Origin: Candidatus Ratteibacteria bacterium | GTDB taxonomy: Bacteria > Ratteibacteria > UBA8468 > B48-G9 > DTJG01 | Assembly (NCBI GenBank): GCA_049971295.1 | Contig: JBMFLH010000001.1 | Span: forward strand, 2,245-66,244 | Direction of reading: 5' to 3' | Length of the DNA stretch: 64,000 bases | Shown: in pieces, positions 62,008-64,000 of the stretch | Layout: every line of letters starts with the position of its first letter | Position numbering within the stretch: the first letter of the stretch is position 1 | Translations under genes and position numbers: made by a program | The notes under the pieces: model-generated | The model's input: only the letters and a program-made list of their open reading frames with translations | Told to the model about the DNA's origin: nothing | Database searches by the model: none

Positions 62008-64000
62008 TGAAATTCGAAAAAAATTTTTGGAGTTTTTTGAAAAAAAGAATCACACTGTTGTTCCGAGCAGCAGTTTAATACCATTCGAAGACCCAACTTT
62101 ATTATTCACAAGTGCTGGCATGGTGCAGTTCAAAAAATTCTGGGCAACAGAAATACCCCTGCCTTACTCGCGAGCAACATCATGTCAAAAATGTCTGCGT
62201 GCCGGAGGTAAAGATAGCGACCTTGAAAAAATCGGTTTGAGCGGAAGACACCACACCTTTTTTGAAATGCTCGGAAATTTTTCCTTTGGCGATTACTTCA
62301 AAGAAGAAGCCATTCATTGGGCATGGGAGTTTGTAACAGAAATACTGAAAATCGACAAGGAAAAACTCTGGGTTTCTTATTATATGGAAGACGAAGAAAC
62401 CCTGAAAATTTGGAAAACATTACTCCCTGAAAACAGGATAATACCGCTGGGAAAAAAGGATAACTTCTGGGGACCCGCAGGAGAAACAGGTCCCTGTGGG
62501 CCATGTACTGAGATATACATTGATCTGGGAATTGATGAAATGTGCACAAATAAAGATTGTAAACCTGGTTGTGACTGTAATCGTTTTCTTGAATTCTGGA
62601 ATCTTGTTTTCCCGCAATATAATCAACAGATGGATGGACAGTTACAGCCCCTGAAGAGAAGGGGAGTTGACACAGGTATGGGACTTGAAAGAATCTCCAG
62701 AATTATGCAGGGGAAAAAATCAAATTATGAAACTGACCTTTTCTTACCACTGATAGAAAAACTTGAAAAGGTTTCTAACGTAAGGTATAACCAGGAAACG
62801 ATAAAAGAATTCAGAATCATTGTTGACCATAGCCGCGCCATTGTATTTCTTGTCGGCGACGGTGTTTATCCTGACAATGAGGGCAGAGGATACGTGCTAA
62901 GGAGAATCATAAGAAGAGCGTATTTTCAGGGAACAAAAATAGGTTTGAACGAACCATTCCTCACATCCCTGTTAGACCCCATGATTTCAATTTTTGAAGG
63001 AGTATATCCTGAAATTGCAGAAAAGAAAGAAGAAATAGCCCACATCGTGATCGAAGAAGAAAAAAAATTTTCCGGCCTACTTTCTTCTGCAAAAAAAATT
63101 TTTACTGCAGATATATCAAAGATCGAAAACAAAATAATACCCGGAGAACTTCTTTTTAAGTGGTATGACACCTATGGGATCCCGAGAGACCTTATTTCTG
63201 AACTTGCAGAGCAACACGATTTCTCACCTGATTGGCGAGAATTTGAAGATTATTTACAGAAACAGCAGGAGCAGGCAAGAAAAAAGTCAATTTTTGAACA
63301 AAAAAGAAAGGTCGTATTTGAGGTTGAATCAATGAATGAAACAATTTTTACAGGATACGAAAGTCACCAGGAATATTGCAACACTGTCGCCCTGTATTAT
63401 CTACCTGATAGAAAAATCTGGGAAATAGTGCTGGACAAATCACCGTTTTATCCTGAAAAAGGAGGACAGGTAGGTGATAAAGGAATTATCAGGGGAAACC
63501 AGTGGTGTTTTGAGGTTATTGATTCTCAAGTTGATTCACATGGAATTATCTACCATATTGGTCATTTTACTTCCGGAACCCCGCAGAATGTGGGGAAAAA
63601 AGAAACGGTGTTTGCATCAGTTTCGATGAAACACAGAATGGACGTCTCAGCAAATCATACTGCAACCCACCTGATTCATTACTGTCTGAGAAAAATTTCA
63701 AATAATCAAGCCAGACAGGCAGGATCATACGTAGGACCTGATAGATTAAGATTTGACTTTATATACCTGGGAGAGATCGATCAAAATACAATAGAAAAAC
63801 TGGAATCTCAGGTCAATGAAATCATTTTTGAAAACCATGTTGTAAATGTCAACCAGATGAGTTATCGACAGGCAATAAATAATGGCGCAGTTGCATTGTT
63901 TACTGAGAAATATGGCGAAACAGTGAGGGTGGTCAAAACAGGTGATTTTCATTCAGAATTATGCGGTGGAACCCATGTTTCCAAAACATCTGAAATCGGA
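61997..64000 (+). CDS. alaS: Alanine--tRNA ligase, 3'-truncated by the window edge (GTG start overlapping the recX stop)
   Basis: Translation from GTG 61997 gives [46 protein letters not shown]..., the class II AlaS N-terminus. The frame stays open to the window end (…[10 protein letters not shown]). Confidence 0.9.
   Translation, partial: [668 protein letters not shown]

Overview
The window is a 64 kb, AT-rich (about 37% GC) chromosomal segment from what looks like an uncultivated diderm bacterium. Paralogous prepilin-like DUF1559 (H-X9-DG) proteins and lptF/lptG suggest a PVC-like or Omnitrophota-like organism. Most of the window is core genome: lgt-lspA-dksA-like-archease-gyrA-gyrB (minus strand); rpmB, recJ, dCMP deaminase, glyA, glyS, lptG/lptF; comF, leuD, leuB, purA, ilvBNC; thpR-recA ... 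degP-recX-alaS. An accessory region of about 15 kb (19.8-34.9 kb) is bounded by tRNA-Ser(GCU) and tRNA-Ala(UGC), with both tRNA 3' ends facing inward. It contains a glycan-degradation cluster: a giant GH42-like secreted protein, a CBM9-like protein, a BNR/sialidase-like protein, an AraR-like GntR regulator, and DUF1559 prepilin-like proteins. The cluster is flanked by a perfect 268-bp direct repeat, made by duplication of the 5' end of a DUF1559 gene. The accessory region also holds an SOS cassette: lexA, an 82-aa unknown protein, and a Y-family polymerase. A near-consensus E. coli-type LexA box sits inside the lexA promoter spacer. Other notable items: an HcnABC/opine-oxidase-like Fe-S flavoprotein module whose DAO gene is broken by a -1 frameshift in an A-run and carries a URO-D/MtaA-like C-terminal fragment; an exopolysaccharide/O-antigen-type locus (three GT4, WbaP-like, Wzy/WaaL-like with TPR); and a 5'-truncated giant M28-FtsX fusion membrane protein. 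No integrase, transposase or CRISPR array was seen.
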